NCBI GenBank assembly: GCA_963514005.1
Contig: OY740790.1
Coordinates: forward strand, 16,244,001 to 16,308,000
Origin: Raja brachyura
Taxonomy: Eukaryota
DNA length: 64,000 nucleotides
Direction: 5' to 3'
A program made the translations under genes and the position numbers. Shown one piece after another: positions 38,084 through 50,969 of this stretch; positions within the stretch are counted from its first letter, which is position 1, and each line of letters opens with the position of its first letter. The notes beneath the pieces were generated by a model, which saw only the letters and a program-made list of their open reading frames with translations, was not told where the DNA came from and did no database searches.

Positions 38084-39221
38084 CTTCAATCAAAATAATG
38101 GAACAATGTATTAACATAAAGCTGCATCCCAGTATGCACCAGTAGTAAAATGATAAGATGATTCAAATTTTGGTGTCATTATTAAATCTGGAGCATGACC
38201 ACAAAAAGAAAACAAATATATACATGGGCTTCATTTATATCAACTGGCACAACTGAAAAAATCCAATGCCTTTAGGCTCATGTCACTCCACATCCAGATC
38301 AAAATTCACTCCAGTAGATTGACATCATTAATTCATTATTTCATTTAACCGCAGCATTTAAAAAGATACCTTGAAAATGTATGAAGGCCTTATAGGTAAT
38401 TGCAATCCATTTTTACTGCTTGAAAGAGATCCATTAAGTGCTTAAAGAGCTCTTCATTGCTATATCATTTTGGCTGATCCAAAAATAGGTCTATTCAAAT
38501 CATCAGACGGGTTAAACACATAACTAACATTTAATCTGGTGAGGCTCATCATTCAAACAGCTCCTAGCTAAACAAATATAATTTGTAAAATTGTACACAT
38601 CCTCATGTGCATGAAGTTAAATGTTAATGCCTACAGGAACACTGGTCATTCCTGTAATTAAAAGATCCTACATTACTACAGCAATTAACAACCAAATTTT
38701 ACACATAAATAAATGAAATCATGTTGCCATTATGATTACACAAAATATTTTCCAAGAGCTTTCAAAATTCAAGCGCCACTTAGTCTTTCATTCAAGTAAT
38801 CTATCATTTTTCAGGTTAGCAGAAAGTGTAAGTAAAGCTAGGAATAAGGCAAGGCAGCCTGCAGAGGCTGGCGTTTGTCTGGATCTGCCGCCGCTCATAA
38901 GAACTATAGTGCAGACTGGACTTTGAAAATAGCACCAAAACATGAAGCCTCTTGCATGCAGATCAGTAGACCATTTGCCAATCGGGGATGTGCTTGGGTA
39001 TGGCAATACTCTACTGGACTGTTTGTAAGAAAATATTTTCACTGTGTATTTGCACTTCGCACGTGGCAGTAAAAGCACCATTGAATAAATAAATCTGAAT
39101 ATTGAACTATATAACTTAGCCATCAGAATTAAAACTTTCGATCTGCTAAACACCAATTTGTGAATCCACAAGGGAATCTTACAAGGGATTACGATTGCCA
39201 TTTCCTATATACTTTGATTAC

Positions 39222-39374
39222 CTGCTGCTCCAAGTTTTCAATCGCTTTGTGCTTCTCGTCAGTGAGAGCTTGTTTTTCATTCTCAGCTTCCACCAAACGC
39301 TTCTCCAACTGCACTAGATACTCTGCAGATTCTTTGAGTCGAGATTCGACCGCAACCCTCACCTCTTCTGTTAC
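39222..39374 (-). CDS. TPR: TPR exon 23 (153 nt)
   Basis: [19 protein letters not shown]...KAIENLEQQ. Confidence 0.95.
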
Positions 39375-40471
39375 CTGAGAGCAGACAGCAAGCAGAAAAT
39401 GTGTAAAATTATTCACAACATTATAATCAATTCTGGTGGCGTATGAATCCAGTGCCAGCCACTGAGCCAAATACTAGGCACCCGCAGAATTATTTGTATT
39501 GGCTCAGTCTATTGCAAGTTGATAGGAACAAATGGAAACAACAGAATTAAAGGATAAGTGGCAAAGTTTTAAGATAAAGAAATACAATTGATTATTCCTG
39601 CAGTAAACAAAGTGCTCCAGATTTTGCAAAGCAAACATGGCAAGTTATGGTTTTAGGCCATAGAACTGAATATCAGGCAACAAAATGTAAAAGTGTGCAA
39701 ATACACGTCACCATTCTTGTTCATTCAAGCTATGTTTGTAGAAGGGACGTCAGTTTTAAGAGAATTTGGCCAGCGCAAAATATAGCTGCTATTTACATTC
39801 AATGTCTGTACAGGACAGGAAAAATTGTTGAATTAAACAACTTTTTAACTGGTTCCTCCTTTAAAAATAGAGGTTCTGAAATTTGCCCCTGATACAGGTT
39901 ATGGGTACACATAGGGATAAAAATTAATTGAGTGGGCAAGAAGAATGAAAATGTGAATTAATCAAGTGAATGATCAAGTGGAGAAAAACTCGTATGTGGA
40001 ATCAGGAAAGGATCCAGATGGAGGTTCCCAATGTATCAAACAACAATGTAGATATGGCAACTATTTAGGAATGCTAATAAAATGTTGTCCTTAAGCAACA
40101 GAATAAAGAGAAACTGTGCTGAACACAATAGCAATAGTAATCTGAATTTCACTGTACCTTAATTGGTACATGTGACAATAAACAGACCTCAAAACCTTGA
40201 ACTGTTCCAGGAGCAATGCATTCAGAGTGGTCTTAATACTTTAAAAAAAGGAAATGGCAAGCAGTGCTCTGAAAACGTTGACTCTGTCGATCCACAAAAT
40301 TGGAATTGGGCAGGAAATAGGGCATGGAGGCTAAAATACTATGAACCATTATCTTACTAAATTGTGGAGCAGGCTGGTTGGCATGCTTCTGCTTCTTATT
40401 TTCTGTTGTTACACTCATAACCACAGGAAACATTACATTTCTTTAAAGTGATGCATGTACAAGTTACCGAC

Positions 40472-40638
40472 CTGTTTCTCTTTACTGAGAGAATCCTCCA
40501 AACTGAGGACCAAATCTCTGTATTGTTCCACATTGGTTGTAGTAGTCTTGAGGCGTTCTCTTAAGTCACTTGCTTGCTCCTCAGCCTGTCTAAGCTGTGC
40601 GCGAAGGTTATCAACATCTTCTTCCATGTCAGATTCAC
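40472..40638 (-). CDS. TPR: TPR exon 22 (167 nt)
   Basis: [21 protein letters not shown]...[10 protein letters not shown]. Confidence 0.94.
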
Positions 40639-41173
40639 CTGGAAATAAATCAAACATGTAACATGTACATGGACAACTATAATTTCTATCAACAATAATT
40701 CACACTTTTTATGGAGGCAACTTATTCCTAAAAATTATCTTTTACAATTCATGTCAGTGAACTGACGTTCTAACATATCTCCAAAATAAACTCCACCAAT
40801 AAGTATTTAGTCGCTAACTCAACCCACGTCCAAGTGTGTAGGATGGGGTTGAATGGGGGGAGAAATAAAAAATAGGATTCTCTCTATTTTTTCATGCATT
40901 ATGAATTTAAATAACAGATTTTTGGCGATATAACCAATCGACAAGCAACAATAAGGTTGGTACACAAAAACAAAACAAAAATCAAATTAGAATTTATACA
41001 TTAAACGTAGAGATGCACATTACCCATTAGCCAGCAAACATAACAAGAATATCCATATTGAAGGTTTACTCTACATTAATGGAAGGAGGTGGGAGTGAGC
41101 CCTAGGTAAAGAAAGACAGAAAAACATGGATCTATTTATGTACATATAAACCACGTTCCGACAGACGGCTTAC

Positions 41174-41336
41174 CTTTGGAAACACTCCCGATAGTCTCTG
41201 CCAATTTAGCTTCAAGATTATTAAGGTGTAACTTCAAGGAATTAATTTCTTGATCTGAATTTTTCAGGAGTTCTTTTGTCTTTGTATGAAGTATAGACTC
41301 TGTTTCAAGCTGCTTCTTGACTTCCCTAAGTTGGAT
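41174..41336 (-). CDS. TPR: TPR exon 21 (163 nt)
   Basis: IQLREVKKQLETESILHTKTKELLKN...IGSVSK. Confidence 0.93.
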
Positions 41337-41441
41337 CTAAAAAAAAAGCAAAAATTAAATTAAAATAGTCTGAACATATGACTGAAAACATTAATTATAT
41401 ATTCTGTATCATTATTATTGTTTTTAAGGATACAAACGTAC

Positions 41442-41582
41442 TTCTTGGTTTCTGACAAGCAAATGACGTTGATCCACTTCATAGTCACATTTTTTTTTCA
41501 GTTTCTCAATTTCACGCTCTTGTTTTTCAATCTGGCTGTTTAAACGTTGCCTGGTCTCAGTTTCCGCACGTTCCAAACTCAG
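41442..41582 (-). CDS. TPR: TPR exon 20 (141 nt)
   Basis: [24 protein letters not shown]...RHLLVRNQE. Confidence 0.95.
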
Positions 41583-41949
41583 CTACATATTATCAAAAAT
41601 TAAATGGAAATAGATTTGTGAACCAGGGATTTTCACAACAAATAACTAATTCTGCATATTCCAGAAGAAAACAGACCAAAACTTCCCACAAAACTTAGTT
41701 CCATGTTACCATGGGCTATTATAACCTCAGCCTGTTGAAATATTATTCTTCTATGATAGTTTTATAAACAAATACACTTTGGAAAAAGTTAACTTTGTTC
41801 CTTAGAAAGTGAAAATATCAGTTTACAAGATCATTTCAACATAATCTAAATCTTGCATAAATAACCAATTTTATTCTTCGTCCAAGTCCGCAAATGGAAT
41901 GGAATACTTTATTGTCACACGTGACAAGACTAAATGGTGCATAGCATAC

Positions 41950-42084
41950 CTGAATAGACTGCAAATTTGTTAGCAGCAAACTTTGTCCCCTGTGCTCTGC
42001 GAACTTTGAATCCCGTTCTTGGGTGAGGCGTATTTCTACCATTTTCAACATATCTTTCTCTTTCCTCAGATTTTCTCCTCGAGT
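41950..42084 (-). CDS. TPR: TPR exon 19 (135 nt)
   Basis: [14 protein letters not shown]...[13 protein letters not shown]. Confidence 0.95.
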
Positions 42085-42430
42085 CTGCATGGGTTGGGGA
42101 ATATTAACAAAATGTTCAATTGCTCTGCTTCCCAAAACTATTCAACCAATTTCAAATGAAATGGATCTTTTCCATAAAAACATGAAAGACTTAGAAAATG
42201 TGGTACGTATTTAATTAATTAATATTATGCAGCCTACAGAATTCATTTCATGTACAAATAATATGCAATAGTATAGAACATGTGAAATTCTTCAAAGATA
42301 TTTCAAATAGGATGGAATATTAATTTCATACAATTGTCAAAAAATACCTTGAGTCGTTTAATACAATGTAAATGTCACAATGTAAACTGTCAAATTACCA
42401 TGTGGGACAGTGTTTCAATAAAATTCTCAC

Positions 42431-42593
42431 CTCCTCCAAAGCCAATTTTTCATTTGATGCTCGCAAATCTTGGGTCATGCTGTTTATGATGTGTTCTTGC
42501 TTCTGAACAGTTGTGGTCAGCTTCTGACACCGATCTCGCAAAGAAGCTATTTCACGGCGGAATCCATCTACATTGTTCTGCAGCATCTCATAT
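42431..42593 (-). CDS. TPR: TPR exon 18 (163 nt)
   Basis: [18 protein letters not shown]...[10 protein letters not shown]. Confidence 0.95.
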
Positions 42594-42629
42594 CTAAATG
42601 CAAAAAATAATGTTACAAAAAAAAAAATC

Positions 42630-42927
42630 AGCATAGAAACAGACCCTTTGGCCCATTGAGTCCACGCTGACTATCGATCACTTGTTCACACAAGTTCGAT
42701 GTTACCCCACTTTCATATCCACTCCTTACACATTAGAGGCAATTTACAGAGGCCAGTTAACCTACAAACCCGCACGTCTTTGGGATGAGGGAGGAAACCA
42801 GATCATCAGGGGGAAGCCCATGTGGTCACAGTGAGAACGTGCAAACTTTACACAGAGCACCCAAAGTCAAGATTGAACCCGGGTTTCTGGCGCTGTAAAG
42901 GAGCAGCTCTACCAGCTGTGCCGCGCC
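42630..42927 (-). mobile_element. tRNA-derived SINE (HE1/V-SINE-like)
   Basis: Reverse-complement copy with A and B boxes (GGTTCAATC) and central domain. Confidence 0.82.
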
Positions 42928-43345
42928 ATATTTTGTGCCCATCCACAGCAAGTCATGTCAGTGATGAAAGATAAAACACTCATTATCCCCATTTGCTAGA
43001 ATTAGTACACACGATTTGGAAATATATAGGAGAAAGAGAACAATGTATTGGATGTACAGCTGACCGCTAAACATTCAGTCAAAGGAGTGAATAGGATCGA
43101 ATTTCACATTAGAGTGTAAGAAGTGTTGTTGGAATTTAATTAACTGAAGATGAATGGGGCAGAAAAAGAGTTAAAATCCCAGAATAGACTTATTTTTAAA
43201 AATATTAAAAGTTAACTTTTCATTATTAGAATGCAGCAAAAGTAGCAGTTTGGGCAATTTGGGGGAATACTGCATAAAATCATAGTTTCTAAATGAGTGT
43301 CCCTTAAAATCAAAGTAACAATAGGTTCTGATTCTCCATGCATAC

Positions 43346-43494
43346 CGTTTGGAGGCAAATTCTAATTGTGTGGACAGTTTTGTGCTTTGAGTTCTCATCT
43401 GCGTCAGTTGATCTTGAAGTTTCTCATTCTGCTCATTTAACATTCTGTCATTCTCTGCCTTTTCCTTTTTGTAATTTTCAAAATGTAATTGAAG
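43346..43494 (-). CDS. TPR: TPR exon 17 (149 nt)
   Basis: [22 protein letters not shown]...[10 protein letters not shown]. Confidence 0.95.
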
Positions 43495-43649
43495 CTGAAA
43501 AGAGATTTTTTAAATATGAATCTTAAAATGTTAGCACACTGCACAAAATTATTTACTGGTTCTAACAAACAATAATTTATACCCTTTAAAAAGTTAAAGA
43601 TTTTATTAAATCTCCTATAATACAAGAGAACACTGCCACCTGCAGCTCA

Positions 43650-44826
43650 TTCATAGAAACAAAAAATAGGTGCAGGAGTAGGCCGTTCGGCCTTTCGTGG
43701 CTTCATGGCAGATCATCGAGAATCCTGCTCCTGCTTTCTCTCCATATCCCTTGATTCTGTTAGCCCTAAAAGCTATATCCAACTCTATTGAATACATGCA
43801 GTGAATTGGCCTCCACTGCCTTCTGTGGCAGACAATGCCACAGATTCACAAATCTCTGGGTGAAAACGTTTTTGTTCATCTCAGTCCTAAATGGCCTGCC
43901 CCTTATTCTGAAACTGTGACCTCTGGTTCTCGACTCCCCAAACATCGGGAACATTTTTCCTGTATCTTGCCTGTCTAATCCCTCAAGAATTTTATGTTTC
44001 AATAAGATGCCTTCTCATCCTTCTAAATTCCAGTGAATACAAGCCCAGTCAACCCATTCTTTCCATCATGTCAGTCATGCCATCCCAGGAATTAACCTGG
44101 TGAACCTACATTGCACTTGCTCAATAGCACGAATATCCTTCCTCAAATTAGGAAGGATTAGGAAATTACAATATTCCGGGTATAGTCTCACCAGGGTCCT
44201 GTACAACTGCAGTAGGACCTCCTTGCTCCTCTACTCAAATCCTCTCACCATGAAGGCCAACATGTCATTAGCTTTCTTCACTGCCTGCTGTTTGCATGCT
44301 TACTTTCAGTGACTGATGTACAAGAACATCAAGGTCTCATTGCACCTCCCCTTTTCCTAATCTGACACCATTCAGATAATCTGCATTCTTGTTTTTGCCA
44401 CCAAAGTAGATAACCTCACATTTATCCACATTATACTGCAACTGCCATGCATCTGCCCACTCACCCAACCTATCCAAGTCACCCTTCAGCCTCATAGCAT
44501 CCTCCACGCAGCTCACACTGCCACACAATTTTGTGTCATCCACAAACTTGGAGATGTTACATTGAATTCCCTCGTCTAAATCGTTAATATATATTGTAAA
44601 TAACAGGGGTCCCAGCACTGAGCTTTGCCTCACCCCACTGGTCACTGCCTGCCATTCTGAAATGGCCCATTAATTCCTACTCTTTGCTTCCTGTCTGCCA
44701 ACCAGTTCTCTCTCCATGTTAATACCCTACCCCCAATACCATGCGCCCAATACTAATTTTGAACACCAATCTCTGTGTGGGACCTTGTCAAAGGCTTTTT
44801 GAAAGGCCAGATGCACCACATCCACT
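43650..44826 (-). mobile_element. CR1-clade LINE 3' part, about 1.2 kb
   Basis: SVLGPLLFTIYINDLDEG...SKFVDDTKL, LQYNVDKCEV; CR1 3'UTR. Confidence 0.92.
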
Positions 44827-45197
44827 GTCAACATTACAGAGGGTAAATGTGATGAATCAGAAATGCATCGGATTTGGGAAATTTATAAATGTCGAAAGAA
44901 TTAGGGGAAGAAACCATGGATATGTTTTACTGAAGAGGGCAATGATACATTCACCAATTAAGGAGATTAGATATGATTAACATAGATATGCCATGTCATT
45001 GTTGCATTATACAGGATAAAAATTGATTTCAAACTACAAATACATACAATGATGAAAATTAACAGCGGTGTTTACCATTATAATTATTCACACCTTTTTC
45101 CACTGTGATCGTTTATATTAATACCATTATAAAAAGATGGTAAAATGTTTTATGGTCTATAAATTTTACTTAAGCACCGATTTTTTGACTTTGTTAC

Positions 45198-45346
45198 CTG
45201 TTTCAATGCTGTTCTTGCTTGAACAAGTTCTGTAGATTCCGCTGAAGGAATTGGAGCTGGAGTGGACGTGAGTGGCAATGGTTTTGTTTGACCTGGAGAC
45301 CTTTTTGGAGTGGATGAGATCAAAGGCATTTCTTCTGTTGCGTTAC
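45198..45346 (-). CDS. TPR: TPR exon 16 (149 nt)
   Basis: NATEEMPLISSTPKRSPG...STPAPIPSAESTELVQARTALKQ (proline-rich coiled-coil break). Confidence 0.92.
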
Positions 45347-46826
45347 CTAATTTTGTTTGTGGGCAGCAAAAGTACAAAAAAACATAATTATGACGTGGTT
45401 GATTTGGCCATGACCTGGTGGTTATCACTAGCCTGAAACTCTCTAGCCCCCAATCCCCCCCTTTCATAATTTATTTTGGAATAGAACTATCACTTTATAG
45501 CAGAACTACCTCATTTTTAAAAACAATTTTGGAGGGTAAAAGGACAACATGAAATTTATGCCGGAAAGCCAGAGGAAATGAGTATTTCACATTGGTATTC
45601 AATGAGAACATGGAGGATTGATAGCAAGATCAGGGAGGTTATGCTGATATTTCATAACATAAAAACTTAATGGTAATGGGTCTCTTTAAGACAGATGAGT
45701 CTAAAGATTCAGATGGGATCTATTCCAGATTATTGAACGAGGCAGGAGAGGAGATTGTTGGGATCTTGACAGAGATCTTTGTATCCTGTCCAGCCTCAGG
45801 TTCATACATGCCAATCAATTCCCCTTTGATTACTTTTATGCTTGCCTATATCAAGGGATCATTTTCCGCATCAATCAATCTACCAGCAGATTTTTGGGAT
45901 GTGGGAGGAAACCAGAGTATCCATGGTAAACACCATGAACGTGACATTTTGCAGAGACAAAACCAGAGGATCATGGAGCTGTGAGGTAGCAGCATTAACT
46001 GCTATATCATCGTGCTACCCAACTACTTTCTCGTCACAAGATTCCGGTTCATTATGGTCGCTTAATTATATCACTGCGTACTACAATTATTCAGACATAC
46101 CCCTGGGTCTATCTTGCCCTTTTCATAACAATGCCCAAACTAACTGAATTTTGATAATCACAACTTCCACTTGCACAATTTCATTCTTTTAAAGCTTACC
46201 GATTTAAAGATACCCCAAATACATTTTACTAGCTATATCCTCAATGATTATTTTTACTTGAATTAAATAATGAAATCATATAGCCCAACTTGCTTGCTGA
46301 TCATTCCAGACATGGAACTAACATATGTTCCTGGACTCCTAAACACCAGCATGTTTTGACCCATTCACTGTCCTAAGCTCCACGTTAATCAATCTCTTGG
46401 GCCTTGCCCTCCATAAACACCCTAAGAAATAAAAGGCAGCTCACTCTTGCTTCACCATTCAGCAAGATCACATTCGATTCCCACTAAGCTCAAATCCTTG
46501 CATTTCATTAATAACTTAATGATCTGTTGCACTGTACTGCTGGTCACATAACAGAGTATGGGACAATTTGTCTTTACCTCTGTGAAGTACAAGTGATTTT
46601 CTATATCAGAGCATCACACGTACCTATTTCTCAATTAGGTGATCATTAGATCAAATTAATTAATGTCTACTTGACCCTATTTATCTCTACTTGATCCCAA
46701 CTGCACTATTGCAGCCACGAGTTTCCTACGACACTGCCATAGAACCATAAATTGCACCAAACCTTTCTCACTCTCATTTTTTCACATTCCTCTCAATTAA
46801 ATAACATTTGATGCATCCCTCCTTAC

Positions 46827-46990
46827 CCTGGATTGGAATTGTCACTCCAGTCATCTGTGCAAGCAACGTACGGTACATGTCCCGCTGTCGAACAATTGAT
46901 TCCACTAGTTGCATCTGATGACTTCTGGCTTCACGAAGTCGCTCAAGTTCATTGAGAGCCTCCGCAAGATTCAGCTGAAGTTCAGAAATT
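46827..46990 (-). CDS. TPR: TPR exon 15 (164 nt)
   Basis: ISELQLNL...[30 protein letters not shown]. Confidence 0.96.
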
Positions 46991-47154
46991 CTGTAATTCA
47001 AAAAAATAAATGTTATCGGTTGAAATATTTTTCAGTCGAATTTAAGAAAACACTTCCTTTTGACCAGTAGCAACAAATGTTTATCAGAAAGCTAAAGCCG
47101 AGACACGTGACAGTTAGAAATAGGGTAATTGACAAAAAGGCCAAAGGTTTTGGG

Positions 47155-47280
47155 ACATAAGTGATAGGAGCAGGTAGGCCATTTGGCCCATCGATTCTAC
47201 TCCACCATTCAATCACGACTGATCTATCTCTCCTAACCCCATTCTGCCTTCTCCCCATAACACAACACCCATACTAATCA
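47155..47280 (-). mobile_element. CR1 3'-terminal stub
   Basis: 3'UTR stem region as in the 56470 copy. Confidence 0.7.
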
Positions 47281-48215
47281 AGGGTCTGAATCAAAAGTAT
47301 TAAAGCCTTTGATGAAATTAATTCACGAAAAAATCAGCACAGAATGCTGCAAGAAAGCATCCACGGCTTGCTTAATGGACGTGTTTAGAATAACAGTGAT
47401 GCCATGACGGGATTGAGTAGATTCTGACATTCATTCATTAATTTACAGGAAACTAAAGTTCATTTCCGAAATAAGTCATATATCGTACAACCATTAGGGT
47501 TGGAAGTAGTCCTGTGGTACAAACAAGTGGTCTGAACACAAAATCAGTGTGCAAATTAGATTTCATTAATGTACAGGACATCACTAGTTTAGTTTGCATG
47601 TTGTACACAGATGATGCTTAAACTGCTGGGTACTGCCAGCATTCTGCTGTGGTCTGCATCACAGTTGCACCATTTTCCCCTTGTTTGTTCTCATTGGTCT
47701 TCCACTAGAAGCAGCTCCTCCAGGCGCTTCAGTGGCAGTTAACAAACCTTCACTACCACTTGTCACATTCCATACCATCTTGTTATCATTCAGTTGCTCT
47801 AAAGTCTCAACTCTTTTAAAGACTGTTTTCCCTTTGCTTTCCCCATTCTCTGCAACATAGAGCAGGCTTGCATTCTATTTGATCCTCGCTCTGATTGTCA
47901 TCGAAGTCATTGGCCTGTACCTTTAACAACTTTTCCTCTTTCCAACAATTACAGCTTGGCTTCAGTATTTCCAGCATTTTCTTGTTTTTATAGAAACAAG
48001 ATAGAAACCAAGAAAGGTTTTTCAAATTACTAGAATATGACCAGAGGACAAATGTTAAATTAATTCTTCTGTGGCAGCATTAAGAGATGAAACTGATATA
48101 TACCTGCACAGATGAATTGTGCAGCAAAAAGAAAGCAGCCTTTCAACGGGCTTACACAACATATTCAGATCCACAACCAACGTTAAAAAAACTCTAAACT
48201 ATTTACATTACTTAC

Positions 48216-48442
48216 CGTGATGCAGTTTTTTCCTGCTCTTCCTTTTCCTGTTTTTCAGCAAGTTCACGAACAGTCACCAGTAGTTGTTGATTTTGTTGTT
48301 GCAGTTCCTCAACATTGCGATAGGTTACCAGATGCTGTGAAATTACTTCAGAAGAACTACTTATATCATCAGAACTAACTTCGTCTTCACGCAAAATATG
48401 ATTTCCTCGTGCATCTTCTAATTCCATCAGAAGCACCCTATT
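48216..48442 (-). CDS. TPR: TPR exon 14 (227 nt)
   Basis: [15 protein letters not shown]...[28 protein letters not shown]. Confidence 0.95.
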
Positions 48443-48725
48443 CTGAATCACAAACAAGCCATATCTACGTCACACGAGCAATTAGCAAGTCAAGTACACA
48501 CAAAGATAACTGCTATTTTAGATCTCTCTAAATAGAGGATATTACATCAAGAGATGCAATTACTACAACAATAAGGCACATCTATGGTAATATCAACACA
48601 AAGCTTGACAAAGTTAAATTAGGCAGGAAAAATTCTGTTTTGATTTATTCCCTCCATTCACACGATTATTGTTTCAAAAAGAAAACTGGTATTAAGACGA
48701 AATACAATCAACATCAAATGCTAAC

Positions 48726-48833
48726 CTGCTGTGAGAGATCTGACACTTGCATTTTGTGTCTCTGGTTCTCCCTGGTAAGCAATGAAGAATGCTTATTCGC
48801 CTCATCAGTACATTTTTGCAAACGTCGAATTTC
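48726..48833 (-). CDS. TPR: TPR exon 13 (108 nt)
   Basis: EIRRLQKCTDEANKHSSLLTRENQRHKMQVSDLSQQ. Confidence 0.95.
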
Positions 48834-49711
48834 CTACGGAGGCAGATTTCATCAGAGATTCACATAATGCAACAATTCTTTTGCAACATTAATTGTTTGT
48901 ACAGCATGTTTAGAGAAATGATCCCACATACAAAATAAATACTGATGCGGTTCTGGAGAACATATTTTATAATGATAGTTATAATGGAGCATTCTCCTGT
49001 GTCGGCATGATCAAGGGACGAATTGAGGTTACTCCTGCTGACACAGGAGTAAGCTCCACCGCCTGCTGTCCTGTTATCCATCACCCGCTGACCCGCTCCG
49101 CTCTATGATGTTTGCTCTTGAGCTGGTCCCCTCACTGTACATTGAAAGACAGACCGGGCAATGAATGCCATGCAGTGTCACCCAGTGTAGCAGGTGGGGC
49201 CAAGTGCTGCTCCCGGCAGATGGCGCCGAGATGGCGGCCGCTCGCAGCCACCCGAGCTACTTCCCTCCCTGGCCACATTGCGGTGGCTTCGCACCCGGAG
49301 CGCCGCGGTAGCGGTGAGTGAGTTGCTGGCATGATCCACGACCCCCTCCCTCTCAAGGCTCCTGCCCATGCAGACCCGGGCCAGACTCCCCACACGCTGT
49401 GAAAGGAACTCTCCCCACCCCAGCGGCACTGTCCTTATACAGCCGCTTCCCACTTTACCGCCGCTTCCCATCAACTGCCAGCAATGAGGGATGGACTTCA
49501 AGAACGATATTGCTGTGCTGAGGGATAGCCACGTCTATCTTTCTTGGCTAACAAGGCTATCTTTCTTTACCTCCAAGACGCAGGTACATTTTCGTGCCTT
49601 ATTTTTGGGTAAAAAAAAATAGCGTCTTGCGGTACGTATGAAATATGCATTATGTAAGCAGAGATATTTTCAAAGCAAATAACTGGCAAGCAGGTTTAGA
49701 ACAAAAGCTAC

Positions 49712-49909
49712 CTTCATGGCATCTTCTAATTTGGCTGAGAGATTTGCCACAGCTTTTTGCACACGTTCATATTCTTCGCGCTGACGCTTCAGAAGCGGAG
49801 CCTTCATCTCTACTTCTTTCACAATTTCATCCAAATACTTATTCACTCTCTTATTTTCCTGCTTCGCCAATAGCAACTGATCTTGGGCTTCAACATATCC
49901 ATTATATAA
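49712..49909 (-). CDS. TPR: TPR exon 12 (198 nt)
   Basis: [48 protein letters not shown]...LEDAMK. Confidence 0.96.
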
Positions 49910-50022
49910 CTGCAAAGACATTAAGTATTTAATTTAATCCAAATTACATTTGTGCATACAGTGTATTCTAATTCCAAAGAATTAGTGTTTAGCAAAAACT
50001 CTGCATTATCACAGCTCTTATG

Positions 50023-50138
50023 TCACAAATCGATAAACAACACAGTATGCATTTACTGATCTCACAAATCGATAAACAACACGGTATGCATTTACTGATC
50101 TCACAAATCGATAAACAACACGGCATGCATTTACTGAT
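50023..50138. repeat. minisatellite, 3 x 39 bp
   Basis: Unit tcacaaatcgataaacaacacRgYatgcatttactgatc starting at 50023, 50062 and 50101; followed by 2 x 14 bp ttttagttacaggg. Confidence 0.95.
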
Positions 50139-50467
50139 GTGAATTTTAGTTACAGGGTTTTAGTTACAGGTTTTCAGCATTATTAACGTGACTGTAATCT
50201 GTGGAAATAACGATGGAAATAATCCGTGGAAATAGCAATAAAAAGCTGCTGCTGCTTCTCAACATAAATTTGATGGATCTTAACCACTTATTTACCAGAT
50301 TGTTTCTCTTGCAAATTGGTTGCAAGGAAAAATTGGTAAGATACAAGGAAAAGGTTAGCCATGAACTGAAAATGTTAGTTTCTTATTTGTGATATTCCAA
50401 CCCTGAAAATGCACTTCTACACTTTAGCAGTGAAGTAAACATTAGTTAAATAACACCACTAATGTAC

Positions 50468-50562
50468 CTCTGTGAGCTTCATCCCAGGTTTCACAATCTT
50501 GGCAACAGCAGCTGCAGTAGGTGACATCGCTGCAAGCTCCTCTTCTGATAGAGTGGCAGCTC
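50468..50562 (-). CDS. TPR: TPR exon 11 (95 nt)
   Basis: [31 protein letters not shown]. Confidence 0.95.
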
Positions 50563-50645
50563 CTATCATATAAAACATTGTCAGATCTCACAAAACATTT
50601 TTACTGTTACCGAATAAAAGCTTCAATATCAAACTAATAAGGAAC

Positions 50646-50786
50646 CTTTATGCTTGGTTGTTGTAAGAAGATGGTTCGCATTTTCCAATTCTTTTTCAAG
50701 TTTCATGATCTTTTCATGCTGATCAGCAGCTGCTCTGGTTTTAGAGGTCTCTGTCTCACTCAGCCGATCTTCAGTTACTTTATGCG
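50646..50786 (-). CDS. TPR: TPR exon 10 (141 nt)
   Basis: HKVTEDRL...KLEKELENANHLLTTTKHK. Confidence 0.94.
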
Positions 50787-50881
50787 CTGAAACAAATGAC
50801 AATCCACATAATTTTATAAGCACCTCAAACCATATACAAAAATCAACATAAAATGCAGCAGAATGTTTGAGGTTAACATAC

Positions 50882-50969
50882 CTTCATTTGCCTGTTTCAA
50901 TAGACTGTGAAGCTCCTCGACAGCTCTGCTGAGTTCCGTTGCTTTAGTTTCAGAGTCATCAGCTGAACC
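50882..50969 (-). CDS. TPR: TPR exon 9 (88 nt)
   Basis: GSADDSETKATELSRAVEELHSLLKQANE. Confidence 0.95.

Noticed and set aside
50023-50138. CRISPR-like array
   Set aside because: Units are head-to-tail with no unique spacers, in a eukaryotic intron with no cas genes; it is a minisatellite.
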